Origin: Planctomycetota bacterium
GTDB lineage: Bacteria; Planctomycetota; J058
Assembly (NCBI GenBank): GCA_003695705.1
Contig: RFHU01000219.1
Span: 15,825-79,824, forward strand
Reading direction: 5' to 3'
DNA length: 64,000 nt
Part shown: positions 7,854-16,682 of the stretch, in pieces
Numbering within the stretch: position 1 is the first letter of the stretch
Layout: every line of letters begins with the position of its first letter
Translations under genes and position numbers: made by a program
Notes under the pieces: model-generated
What the model saw: the letters and a program-made list of their open reading frames with translations, nothing else
What the model was told of the DNA's origin: nothing
Database searches by the model: none

Positions 7854-9005
7854 ATGGCCGCGACGAAGCAACCGGCAGGCCCCGAGGAGCGGCTCCCCGT
7901 GTCCACAGGCCCGATCCCAGCAGCTGGGCGTTCGGGCGACGGGTCTGCCGCAGACGTCCGACGGGCCCGGAGCACCGGCCTGGCCTCCGCGGACGCCCGG
8001 GGGTGCGAGCCCGAGAGGCTGGCCTCGGCGTGCGGGATCTCCCCCCGCGGCGTCGCCACGGCCGCGCTCGTCCCTCCCTTCGCTCAGGGAGCGAGGGCCG
8101 TGGAGTCACCGGCCCTCCTCGAGGCCGCGCGTCGATCATCCCTCGCCGGCGCGGCCGCCTGGCTGGTCGATCTCGTAGACCTGGTCAAGGCGCGGTTGAA
8201 CTGCCTCGTCCTCGTGACCATCGCCGTGGGCTACCAAGTCGGCCGAGACCTCGTCTTCGACCGTTCCCTCTTCGCGTGGACCCTGCTGGGAGCCTTCCTT
8301 GGCGCCTGCGGCGCCTGCGCGCTCAACCAGTGGTGGGAGGCGGAGCACGATCGCTGCATGCGGCGTACGGCCCGGCGACCCCTCGCCGCCGGGCGCCTTT
8401 CGAGGGATGCGGCCTTGGGGCTCGGCTTGGCCCTCCTGGGCGCCGGGACCGTGGTCCTGCGCACCTGCCATTCCCTCGCGGCCACCCTGAACCTAGCCAT
8501 TGCTGCGGGCTATCTGCTCCTCTATACGCCCCTCAAGCGCCGGAGCGCCTGGTTCCTGCTCCCGGGCGCCGCGGCCGGCGCCGCCCCGCCCCTCATCGGC
8601 TGGTCGGCGGCGCAGGGGAGCCTGGGTGCGGGCGCGTGGGCGCTCTTCGCGGTGGTCTTCTCCTGGCAGTTCCCGCACTTTTGCGCCATCGACTGGTTGC
8701 ATCGAGATGACTACCGCCGCGCGGGCCACCGCACGCCGGTCGTCGTCGACCCCACGGGTCGCCTCGGCTGCGCCCTGACCCTCGCTGGCGCGCTGGGCTT
8801 TTTCGCCTCGTGCCTCGCGCCGGTCGGCCTCGGCCTCGGCGGAACCTACTACGCCGCGGTGGCCGTGCCCCTAGGCCTCGCCTACCTCGCCCTGAGCCTG
8901 CGCTTCGCCTTCGCGCCGAGCGTCGCCTCCGCGCGCGGGCTCTTCTTCGGCAGCCTGTGCGTCCTGCCCCTCGTCCTCGGCGCGCTGGTGCTGGTTCCGG
9001 CTTAA
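7854..9005 (+). CDS. ctaB: Protoheme IX farnesyltransferase (heme O synthase), UbiA family
   Basis: GGAGGAG precedes the ATG. The motifs ALNQWWE..D..M.RT..RPL and a YxxxK-like UbiA signature are present across multiple TM helices. An N-terminal extension of about 90 aa may indicate a later true start. Confidence 0.85.
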   Translation: MAATKQPAGPEERLPVSTGPIPAAGRSGDGSAADVRRARSTGLASADARGCEPERLASACGISPRGVATAALVPPFAQGARAVESPALLEAARRSSLAGAAAWLVDLVDLVKARLNCLVLVTIAVGYQVGRDLVFDRSLFAWTLLGAFLGACGACALNQWWEAEHDRCMRRTARRPLAAGRLSRDAALGLGLALLGAGTVVLRTCHSLAATLNLAIAAGYLLLYTPLKRRSAWFLLPGAAAGAAPPLIGWSAAQGSLGAGAWALFAVVFSWQFPHFCAIDWLHRDDYRRAGHRTPVVVDPTGRLGCALTLAGALGFFASCLAPVGLGLGGTYYAAVAVPLGLAYLALSLRFAFAPSVASARGLFFGSLCVLPLVLGALVLVPA

Positions 9006-9027
9006 GCGGCGTGCTCGGATCGTCTTC

Positions 9028-10233
9028 GTGACCGTGCCGCCCCCCAGCACCGCGCTCGCCTCTGCGCCGACCTGGCGGCGCGAACCCTACCGCCTGCTCT
9101 TTCCCCTCGGCGTCCTCCTCGCCTGGTGGGGCGTAGGGCATTGGCTGCTCGTCGGCCTGTTCGGCATCGGCTCCTGGAGCGGCGTCTTCCACTCCATCGC
9201 GCAGATTCAGGGCTTCCTCATGGCCTTCGCCTGCGGCTTCCTCTACACAGCGGTCCCCCGCCGCACCCAGACCTGGCCGCCCGCCCCCTGGGAAATGGCG
9301 GTCGCCCTCGCCGCACCGCCCGCCACCACCGCCTGCGCCGCGCTTGGCGCCTTGGCCCTTGCCCAGGCCTGCTGGGGCGTGCTGATGCTTACCCTGCTCG
9401 CCTTCTGCCTGCGTCGTTTCCTCGCTCGCAACGCGGGCCGCAGACCTCCCGACTGCTTCCTCTGGGTTCCCCTCTCCTTCGTCCTCGCGCTGGCGGGGGC
9501 GGGGGCCATTGGAGCGCAGCGCGGACTCGGCCCCGAGTGGTTCTGGCTCCACGACCTGGGACAGAAGTGGATCCTCCAAGGGCTCTTCGTGGGGCTCATC
9601 GTCGGCCTGGGCGGAATGGTCCTTCCCCTCCTCACCCGCGGCGAGGCGCCGCCCGACGCCAGTTCCGGCGTCGGGAGCCGCCTACGGCGTACGGGGCACT
9701 TCGCCTCCTGGCTTGGGCTGGCCGGCAGCTTCGTGCTCGAAACCCGCGGCGCGCCGGCGATCGGCTACGCGGTCCGAGCGGGCTTGACCCTTGCGCTCCT
9801 CCTCGGAGTTGCACGCCTCCACCGACCGCCTTGCCTCCCCGGCTTGCATCGCCGCCTGATCTGGGCCTCCGCCTGGTGCCTCCCGCTGGGCTACGCGTTC
9901 GCTGCGCTCGACCCGGGCCGTGCCCAGGCGGGCCTGCACGTGGTCTTCATCGGAGGCTTCGCCGCCCTCGCCCTCGGGGTGGGGCTCCACGTCACCTTGG
10001 CCCACGGCGGCTACCAGGGGCTGGTCCGCAAGAGCCCCTGGCAGGTGGGCGCCCTGGGCGCGCTCCTCGCCTCGGCCACCGCGGCCCGAGCGGCCCTGGT
10101 CTTCCGTCCCGACGCGCTGAGACCGCTGCTGGTCGCGGCGGCCGCCTCCTTCCTGCTCGCCACCCTCGCCTGGTTCCACCTGCTCTTGCCGCGCACCTGG
10201 CGTCCGGCTCCCCCCGACGAGGCGAACCCGTGA
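9028..10233 (+). CDS. NnrS-like polytopic heme/copper membrane protein (NO-stress associated); family assignment tentative
   Basis: It is about 400 aa with about 12 TM helices and several conserved-looking His residues (GHWLL, FHSIAQIQGF, HVVFIGGF, LAHGGY). Size, topology and the nitrogen-oxide gene context fit NnrS. Confidence 0.45.
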   Translation: MTVPPPSTALASAPTWRREPYRLLFPLGVLLAWWGVGHWLLVGLFGIGSWSGVFHSIAQIQGFLMAFACGFLYTAVPRRTQTWPPAPWEMAVALAAPPATTACAALGALALAQACWGVLMLTLLAFCLRRFLARNAGRRPPDCFLWVPLSFVLALAGAGAIGAQRGLGPEWFWLHDLGQKWILQGLFVGLIVGLGGMVLPLLTRGEAPPDASSGVGSRLRRTGHFASWLGLAGSFVLETRGAPAIGYAVRAGLTLALLLGVARLHRPPCLPGLHRRLIWASAWCLPLGYAFAALDPGRAQAGLHVVFIGGFAALALGVGLHVTLAHGGYQGLVRKSPWQVGALGALLASATAARAALVFRPDALRPLLVAAAASFLLATLAWFHLLLPRTWRPAPPDEANP

Positions 10234-10661
10234 CCGAGATCCTCCCCCACGCGAACGCACTCCTGAACGCGCTCGTGGCGGTCTTGCTCCTCTGGGGACG
10301 CCGTGCGATCCGCCGCGGGGACCGCCGGCTCCACCCCCGCTTGATGCTCTCTGCCCTCGGCGTCGGCCTGCTCTTCCTCGCCGGCTACGGCCTGCAGGTC
10401 TCCCTCTCCGGGCACCGACGCTTTCCGGGCGACGACTGGGTGCGTGTCCTGTTCTTGGCGATCCTGGGCACGCACACCGCGCTGGCCGTGCTGACCGTTC
10501 CCCTCGTCGGCGGCGCCCTGGGCCTGGCCCTGCGAGGGCGCCTCGTCGCGCACCGCCGCCTGGCGCGCCTCGCCTGGGGGGTCTGGCTCTTCGTCGCCCT
10601 CTCGGGGATCGTCATTTACTGGCTGAACAACCACCTTCGCCCGCCGGGAGGTGCCGGGTGA
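10230..10661 (+). CDS. DUF420-family small membrane protein (oxidase-associated)
   Basis: It is 143 aa with 4 TM helices. The GTG overlaps the upstream TGA. Size and topology match the DUF420 proteins commonly encoded beside caa3-type oxidase genes. Confidence 0.45.
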   Translation: MTEILPHANALLNALVAVLLLWGRRAIRRGDRRLHPRLMLSALGVGLLFLAGYGLQVSLSGHRRFPGDDWVRVLFLAILGTHTALAVLTVPLVGGALGLALRGRLVAHRRLARLAWGVWLFVALSGIVIYWLNNHLRPPGGAG

Positions 10662-11089
10662 GCAACGGGCTCTTTCCTCAGACCGTCGAATACGCGCTGC
10701 GTCTCATGGCCCATCTCGCCGTTGCGGGGCGCAACGGTTCGCTGCCCTCCCAGGACCTGGCCGAGGCGACCGACATTCCCCTCGCCTACGTGTCCAAGGT
10801 GCTCCGCAAGCTCGTCGTGGCCGGACTCCTCGAGTCCCAGCGCGGTCACGGCGGCGGCTTCCGGCTGGCGAAGAGTCCCTCGCGGATCAGTTTCGCGGCC
10901 ATCATGGAGGCCGTGGGCTACGAACCCGAGCCGCGCGCCTGCGCCTTCGGGCAAGAGCGCTGCGACTCCGAGAATCCCTGCCTGCTCCATCCCGCCTACG
11001 CGGCCCTCAAGGAGCGCTTCGCCGATTGGGCGCGAAACACGACGCTCACCGACGTTCGGCGGGGGACCAGCGGACGGTACATTCTTTGA
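10658..11089 (+). CDS. Rrf2-family transcriptional regulator with three Cys, NsrR/IscR-like (probable NO- or Fe-S-sensing)
   Basis: There is an N-terminal wHTH (VEYALRLMAHLA...SQDLAEATDIPLAYVSKVLRKL). The Cys triad CAFGQERCDSENPC is typical of cluster-binding Rrf2 regulators. The GTG overlaps the upstream stop (GTGA). Confidence 0.8.
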   Translation: MSNGLFPQTVEYALRLMAHLAVAGRNGSLPSQDLAEATDIPLAYVSKVLRKLVVAGLLESQRGHGGGFRLAKSPSRISFAAIMEAVGYEPEPRACAFGQERCDSENPCLLHPAYAALKERFADWARNTTLTDVRRGTSGRYIL

Positions 11090-11289
11090 TTCCCGCCCCT
11101 CGCCAAGGGGGATCCTCGAGGCCCGCTTCGCTCTGAGGACCGCGGCCGCAGGCCTTGTCTCAGGGGCGGCGTAGCCTGGGTCACAGGCATGGGATTCCTC
11201 CCGTTGTTCGTCCCGATCATGGGACCCGTAGGTCCATTGACTCGCCGGGCGACCGCCGGTCGCGCTGCGGGCTGAGGAGGTCGTCGTTC

Positions 11290-12831
11290 GTGAACCATCG
11301 CAATTCCCTGATCCTGTGCAGTGCCTTGGGCCTGGGTCTCGCCGCCGCGGTCCCGGCCAGGGCGCAAGAAGGCTCCGAAGTCGACGCCCTGCGCGCGCGG
11401 CTCGCCGAGCTGGAGAAGCGCCTCGAAGCGGTCGAGGGCACCGCAAAGGACCCGAGCGCGGTCGGCGCCCCGGAAGGGAGCGCAGCACCCGAGGCCTCCA
11501 CGGAGCCGGCGGCGCCCGCCGAGAAGGAGGCGCCGGCGAAGAAGGGGAAGAAGGGCACTTTCTCCTTCGACCTCCCCGGAGGCCTCCGGCTCCGCCTTTG
11601 GGGTCAAGCCCGCTGGCGGGGAGAGTACCGCGGCGACACCTACGTCCAGCCCAAGACCAACAGCACGACGGATTTCGTCGGACAGCGCACTCGGCTTGGC
11701 CTCGACTTCGACTTGAACAAGCATCTCGGCGTGCGGGTGGCGCTCCAGGACGTTCGCCGTTGGGGTGACGTGGGCGACGGCCTCACCGGGCCCCGCCTGG
11801 CCACCGACCGCGCAGAGATTCACCTCTACGAGGGGTACGGCGAGCTGCGCCGCCCCTGGGACCTCCCCCTGACCCTCCGCGTCGGCCGCATGCGCGTTCC
11901 GCAGCTCGGCGACCAGCGGCTGATCTCGAACCTGGACTGGCATCTCGTGTCTCGTTCGTGGGACGGCGTGCAGGCCACCTTCGAGCCCGAGGGGTGGTGG
12001 ATCATGGCCTTCGCGCACAACGTGCGCGAGCCCACCGGTCTGGTGGCCGGGACCGACGAGAACGATGACCTCTGGTTCAGCGGCCTCTACGTATCCAACC
12101 GCATGGTCGAAGACCTCCAGGTGGACCTGTTCCTCTACTGGCGCTGGCTGGGCGACAACAAGCTGGGGGCCATCGTCACCGACCACAAGGGTGACCGCGG
12201 CGTGCGCACGGACTACACCTTTGGGGCGCGGGTCAAGGGGAAGGCCGGCCCCCTGGGCTACGGCGGCCTGATTGCCTACCAGTACGGCGACCAGGCCGGC
12301 GACATCGTCGCCGCGTGGGCGGGCGCCGTGACGCTCTCCTTCGTCCAGCCTCTCGGCGGCGGGATGAAGTTCAAGGTCCTCGCCGAATACGCCTACGCCA
12401 GCGGAGATCCCGACCCCACCGACAGCCGCGTACAGACCTTCGACCCCTTGCTCCCCTTCGCCCACTACTACCACGGGCACCAGGACTTGTTCGCCTGGCG
12501 CAACCTGCACGCGGTGGCCCTCAAGGCGGTGTTCTGGCCTCTGAAGTGGTTGAGCCTTCATGCCGACACGCACTTCTTCTTCCTCGATCGGCGCGACGAC
12601 CGCTGGTACGGCGTCGGCTTCACCCGCACCGACGGAGCAGGCGCCGCCCGGCACTGGGATTCGGGGTACGTGGGGGCGGAGACCGACCTCTACGTCAAGT
12701 TCAAGGTGCTCGAGCACATTTCCGTGTGGGGAGGCTACTCGCACTTCTTCGAAGGCGCTTACGTTCGCGCCACCGGCTCCAAGTCGAGCGACCAGGACTG
12801 GGCCTTCCTGATGGTTACCTTGGACTTCTGA
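11290..12831 (+). CDS. Alginate-export (AlgE-like) family outer-membrane beta-barrel protein
   Basis: GGAGG precedes a GTG. The signal peptide is LILCSALGLGLAAAVPARAQ. A coiled-coil/Ala-Pro-rich linker is followed by beta-barrel-like alternating segments. The protein ends in the C-terminal Phe (TLDF) typical of OMPs. Confidence 0.65.
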   Translation: MNHRNSLILCSALGLGLAAAVPARAQEGSEVDALRARLAELEKRLEAVEGTAKDPSAVGAPEGSAAPEASTEPAAPAEKEAPAKKGKKGTFSFDLPGGLRLRLWGQARWRGEYRGDTYVQPKTNSTTDFVGQRTRLGLDFDLNKHLGVRVALQDVRRWGDVGDGLTGPRLATDRAEIHLYEGYGELRRPWDLPLTLRVGRMRVPQLGDQRLISNLDWHLVSRSWDGVQATFEPEGWWIMAFAHNVREPTGLVAGTDENDDLWFSGLYVSNRMVEDLQVDLFLYWRWLGDNKLGAIVTDHKGDRGVRTDYTFGARVKGKAGPLGYGGLIAYQYGDQAGDIVAAWAGAVTLSFVQPLGGGMKFKVLAEYAYASGDPDPTDSRVQTFDPLLPFAHYYHGHQDLFAWRNLHAVALKAVFWPLKWLSLHADTHFFFLDRRDDRWYGVGFTRTDGAGAARHWDSGYVGAETDLYVKFKVLEHISVWGGYSHFFEGAYVRATGSKSSDQDWAFLMVTLDF

Positions 12832-12851
12832 GCGCTTCCGGGCGCTCTGGG

Positions 12852-12878
12852 ACCGCTGCAGGCGACCGGCGGAGGTCC
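12852..12878. terminator. Perfect hairpin GCGACCGGCGG-aggtcc-CCGCCGGTCGC between convergent genes (bidirectional terminator candidate)
   Basis: This is an 11-bp perfect inverted repeat with a 6-nt loop. It lies 21 nt after the OMP stop and 120 nt after the glpD stop. No U-tract is present. Confidence 0.45.
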
Positions 12879-12997
12879 CGCCGGTCGCCCGCCGGCTCCA
12901 GGCTCGGGCCTGGCCCCGATCGAGCCGCGGGCGCAGCAGCAGCCGTCGCCCCGGGGAGGGCGGCAGGCAGCGCCGCCGCAGCGGACGGGCCACGCGA

Positions 12998-14707
12998 TCA
13001 GGCGTCGGCGGGCATGCGCTTCATGCGGGAGGTCGGCGGCACCATTCGCCGGCCCTTGTAGCGCCGGGAGAGGGCGACGAGCTGCCGGTAACGACGCACC
13101 TCGAGCTGCTCGCGCTCGCGGTCCCAGCCGAGGACCTCTCCCAGGACGCGCGCCGCTTCTTCGGCCACCGCCACGCCCTGGTCGCGTGCCTTGAGGAAGA
13201 CCTGGGTGCGGCGCCGGAGGACGTCGTCGAGGCGCTCAGCTCGCTCTCGGAGCGCGCCGAACACGACCTCGTCGACCAGGTAGGGAAGATCGGGAACCAG
13301 CCTCCCCGGACGGACGCCGGCTTCCTTCCCCGCGGCCAGAACCTCGGGTGCCCGGAGTCCGTAGCTGCGCACGAGGTGCCGCGCGACGTCGTCCTCCAGC
13401 GCGTATTCGCGCGCCAACTCGCGCGCGCGGGCGTCGATGTCGGCCAGGGCCGCGGGGTCGCTCGCGCCGATGAGGGGAACCTCTCGCGTCCGGCAGGGGT
13501 CGAGCTTGGCCTTGGCGCCGAGCTTGCCCAGCACGCGGTCCACGGCCTGCTCCGCCATCAGCCGGTAGGTGGTGAGCTTGCCGCCGACGATGGCCAGCAG
13601 GCCCGGGTCGATGTTCAGCAAGGCGTGCTCGCGAGAGACGTCGGACGCTCGGTCGCTTTCCGGATCTTGCATGAGGGGCCGGAGGCCCGCCCATGTGGCG
13701 ATGATGTCGTCCGCACCGGCGCACAGCGACGGGAAGTAGTGGTTCGCCGTTTCCAGCAGGTAGGCAACGTCTTCGGCGCTGGCCTCCACTCGGTCGGGAG
13801 GTTCGTCGTCGTCGGTGTCGGTGGTCCCAACGATGGTCCGCTCGTCCCAGGGGATCGCGAACAGGACGCGGCCATCGCGCACCGACGTGAGCACCACCGC
13901 GTGACGCAGGGGGAGTTGCTTGGCGTCGAGGACGATGTGGGCTCCCTTGGTGGGGCGCAGGCAGGGCGGCCTGCCGCGCTCGGCCAAGATGCGGTCGGTC
14001 CACGGGCCTGCGGCCACCACCGTTACCCGTGCCCGCACCGGGAAGAGTTCGCTCGTCCCGTCGCCGAGCGATGCGGCGAGGGCGTCGCGTACGCGAAGCC
14101 CTCGGGTGATGCCAATCGAGTCGGTCTCGATGCCCACGGCCTCCACGTAGGTGGCGACCACGGCGCCGTGGTGTTCCGCGTCCAGGGCGGTCTCGAGGGT
14201 CAGCCGCGCGTCGTTGGTCCGGCAGTCGTAGTAGCGCGCGGACCCGCGGAGCCCTCGGGCGAGCAAGGCCGGCTCCGCCCGGTGCGTTTTCCGCGGGCTA
14301 AGCAGCTCGTGCCGCCGGTAGTTGCGGAACGCCGCCAGGGCGTCGTAGAGCCACATGCCGCAGGTGAGCTGCAGCATGCCCACGCGCGCTCCCTTGTAGA
14401 CGGGAAAGAGGAAGGGCAGAGGCTCGGCGAGGTGCGGCGCATTGCGCGTGAGCAGCCAGCGCTCCCGCGTTCCCTCGAACACGAGTCCGAACTCGAGGTG
14501 CTCGAGGTAGCGCAGGCCCCCGTGGATCAGCTTGGAGGACGCAGAGCTGGTGCCGCGTGCCAGATCGCCCTTCTCCACCAGCGCGACGCTGAGTCCCCGC
14601 AGCGCCGCGTCGCGAGCGATGCCGGCGCCGGTGATGCCGCCTCCGAGGACGAGCAGGTCGAAGGTGTGATCCTTGAGCCGGGAGAGGATCCGCGCCCGGT
14701 CGCTCAT
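12998..14707 (-). CDS. glpD: FAD-dependent glycerol-3-phosphate dehydrogenase
   Basis: The N-terminal dinucleotide motif is DLLVLGGGITGAGIARDAALRG. The protein is 569 aa with GlpD-like conserved blocks. Confidence 0.85.
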   Translation of the reverse strand: MSDRARILSRLKDHTFDLLVLGGGITGAGIARDAALRGLSVALVEKGDLARGTSSASSKLIHGGLRYLEHLEFGLVFEGTRERWLLTRNAPHLAEPLPFLFPVYKGARVGMLQLTCGMWLYDALAAFRNYRRHELLSPRKTHRAEPALLARGLRGSARYYDCRTNDARLTLETALDAEHHGAVVATYVEAVGIETDSIGITRGLRVRDALAASLGDGTSELFPVRARVTVVAAGPWTDRILAERGRPPCLRPTKGAHIVLDAKQLPLRHAVVLTSVRDGRVLFAIPWDERTIVGTTDTDDDEPPDRVEASAEDVAYLLETANHYFPSLCAGADDIIATWAGLRPLMQDPESDRASDVSREHALLNIDPGLLAIVGGKLTTYRLMAEQAVDRVLGKLGAKAKLDPCRTREVPLIGASDPAALADIDARARELAREYALEDDVARHLVRSYGLRAPEVLAAGKEAGVRPGRLVPDLPYLVDEVVFGALRERAERLDDVLRRRTQVFLKARDQGVAVAEEAARVLGEVLGWDREREQLEVRRYRQLVALSRRYKGRRMVPPTSRMKRMPADA

Positions 14708-14723
14708 GCGGAGATCCTATCCT

Positions 14724-16682
14724 TCAGCGCAGCTCGGACACAGGGCGGGTGCCGCGAGCGGAGAGGAGGAAATCGACCAGTCGGCCCAATTCCTCGTCGG
14801 AGCAAGCCACCTCGCTCAGCGCGGGCATGCGGGCCGGCCAGGAGCCGCCGGCGAGGGACGCCTCCGGCCGCGGAGCGCGGAGGAAGCGCGCCAGCGCCTC
14901 ACCGGCCTCCTCGGTCGAGCCGTAGCGCGTCAAGTAGCGCTCGCCCACCCCAACGAGCGACGGACCGTTGCCGCGCCCGTCATCGCGGTGGCAGGCGAAG
15001 CACCCTAGGCGCCCCCGCGCCAGTTCCCAGCCCCGTGCCGCGCGGGGGGGCAGAGGCGGCGGATCCGGTGGATGCCGCTCGGGTCCCAGGGGAACCGCGC
15101 GGGTCACGCGGAGCCGAGCGCCGCCGCCCAGCGCCAGTCGGTCGCGCGCGGCGCTCAAGGCGACGATGGCCAGGGCCGGGGCGAGGCCCGGTGCGTCTTC
15201 GTGCATCAGGGGGGATCGACTCCGAAAGATGCCCCCGCTGCGCCCGAAGAGGTCGCCCAGGGCGCGCACGAGGGAGGCGGCCCAGCGGTCGACCCCACCC
15301 CTCGCTCCCAGAACCTCCCATACGCCCGCGCGGTGGAAGGCCTCGGCCCAGGCAGCCAGGTAGTAGAAGTAGAGGCCCTCGCGCCAGCCCGAACCTTCGG
15401 GGAAGCCGGGTACGTCCGCGAAGGAGATGCGAGCCGCGAGCCAGCGCAGAGCGGCCCGGACGCGGGGGTCCTCGGGCAACGCCGCATCCTTTCGCGTGCG
15501 CCGGTCCACTCCCCGGACGGCGAGGAGTCCGAGGAGCCCGTCGGCGGTGGCGGTGCCGTAGGAACGACCGACGAGCAAGTCCTGCCCCAGCTCGCTGGCG
15601 CCCGCCTTGCCGGAGCGAGGTGTGAAGCAGAAGCCCCCGTCGCGGAGAGAGCGCTCGGTCGCCCGCAAGGGGTCGCCTGGCGCGGTGATGAAGGAGAAGT
15701 TCTGCAGCTCGTCGAGGAACAGGGCCGCGCGTCCCCAGGCTGGGTGCTCCGCGGGAAGCTCCGCAGCCGCCAGGCCGAGCAGAGCGAAGCGAGCGGTGGA
15801 CACGTCGGCCCGCAGGGGTGCGCCGTCTCCGTCGTAGTAGGGCCAGCCTCCGTAGCGCGGGTCGATGGGATCGTAACCGCCTTCTTCCTGCACCTGAGCC
15901 CTCGTGAGCCAGCGGCCGAGGCCGGCGAGGATCCGCGCGTTGCCGCTGGGCAGTTCGGCGAGGGCGCAGGCATAGAGCGCGCTGGCGTAGACACGGTGCG
16001 GCACGAGCTGGCTCGGGTCTTCCAGACCGCCGTCGGGACCGAGGTGCCTTTCGAGGACGAGCAAGGTCGAGTGGAGCTCCTCGCGCCCGATCTCGTCGAG
16101 GTCTTCGCGTGCGCGCGCGAGTGCGTAGGCCGCGAGCGCCGTCACCGCGACCGAAGGGCGATCCGGGTTCTGGTAGTGGGGCCAGAGCCCGTCCGGGCGC
16201 CTCGCGTCGATGAGCTGTTCGGCGGCCTTGCGGATCAGGTCCCGCGCGAAGGCCTGCTCGTAGCCCGCGCCGTCCTCGAAGCGCACCACGACGGTTTCGA
16301 CCGCGCCACCCTCGCGGCGGACCTCGAGGGTCAACACCTCGCCGTCTTGCAGAGCGGCCAAGCGCGCGAGCAGGGGGCGCGGGTCACGGATGGGGTTCCC
16401 CTCCACGCGGACGATGGCATCGCCTGGGCGAAGCCCCGCCCGCTCTCCGGAGCCCCCAGGGAGGACGGCCACCACGCGCACCCCCTCCCCTTCCCCAGGC
16501 TGGACCTGAATCCCCAGGCTGCGCCGAGGGGGCGGGGCGCGTTCGGGGAGAGGCGCCGCGGGTCGGCTGGCCGGTCCCCCGCTTCCTCGCCAGGTCGCAG
16601 GCGGGGTTCTCCACAGCCACACCGCGAGCCCCGCGGCGAGCGCGACCGCGAGCAGCGCCGCGACGGGCCCGGCGGACTTCAC
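14724..16682 (-). CDS. Membrane-anchored PDZ domain + alpha/alpha-toroid (prenyltransferase / terpene-cyclase-like) repeats + C-terminal mono-heme cytochrome c
   Basis: The 1058-aa track ORF is split. The GTG at 16682 overlaps the upstream TGA. An N-terminal hydrophobic anchor is followed by a PDZ-like block (GIQVQP...GLRPGDAIVRVEG). Q-x-x-D/G-G-W type repeats follow (RRPDGLWPHYQNPD, GPDGGLEDPSQ, GGWPYYDGDGAP, RDGGFCFTPRSG). The C-terminus carries CFACHRDDG (CxxCH). Confidence 0.65.
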   Translation of the reverse strand: MKSAGPVAALLAVALAAGLAVWLWRTPPATWRGSGGPASRPAAPLPERAPPPRRSLGIQVQPGEGEGVRVVAVLPGGSGERAGLRPGDAIVRVEGNPIRDPRPLLARLAALQDGEVLTLEVRREGGAVETVVVRFEDGAGYEQAFARDLIRKAAEQLIDARRPDGLWPHYQNPDRPSVAVTALAAYALARAREDLDEIGREELHSTLLVLERHLGPDGGLEDPSQLVPHRVYASALYACALAELPSGNARILAGLGRWLTRAQVQEEGGYDPIDPRYGGWPYYDGDGAPLRADVSTARFALLGLAAAELPAEHPAWGRAALFLDELQNFSFITAPGDPLRATERSLRDGGFCFTPRSGKAGASELGQDLLVGRSYGTATADGLLGLLAVRGVDRRTRKDAALPEDPRVRAALRWLAARISFADVPGFPEGSGWREGLYFYYLAAWAEAFHRAGVWEVLGARGGVDRWAASLVRALGDLFGRSGGIFRSRSPLMHEDAPGLAPALAIVALSAARDRLALGGGARLRVTRAVPLGPERHPPDPPPLPPRAARGWELARGRLGCFACHRDDGRGNGPSLVGVGERYLTRYGSTEEAGEALARFLRAPRPEASLAGGSWPARMPALSEVACSDEELGRLVDFLLSARGTRPVSELR

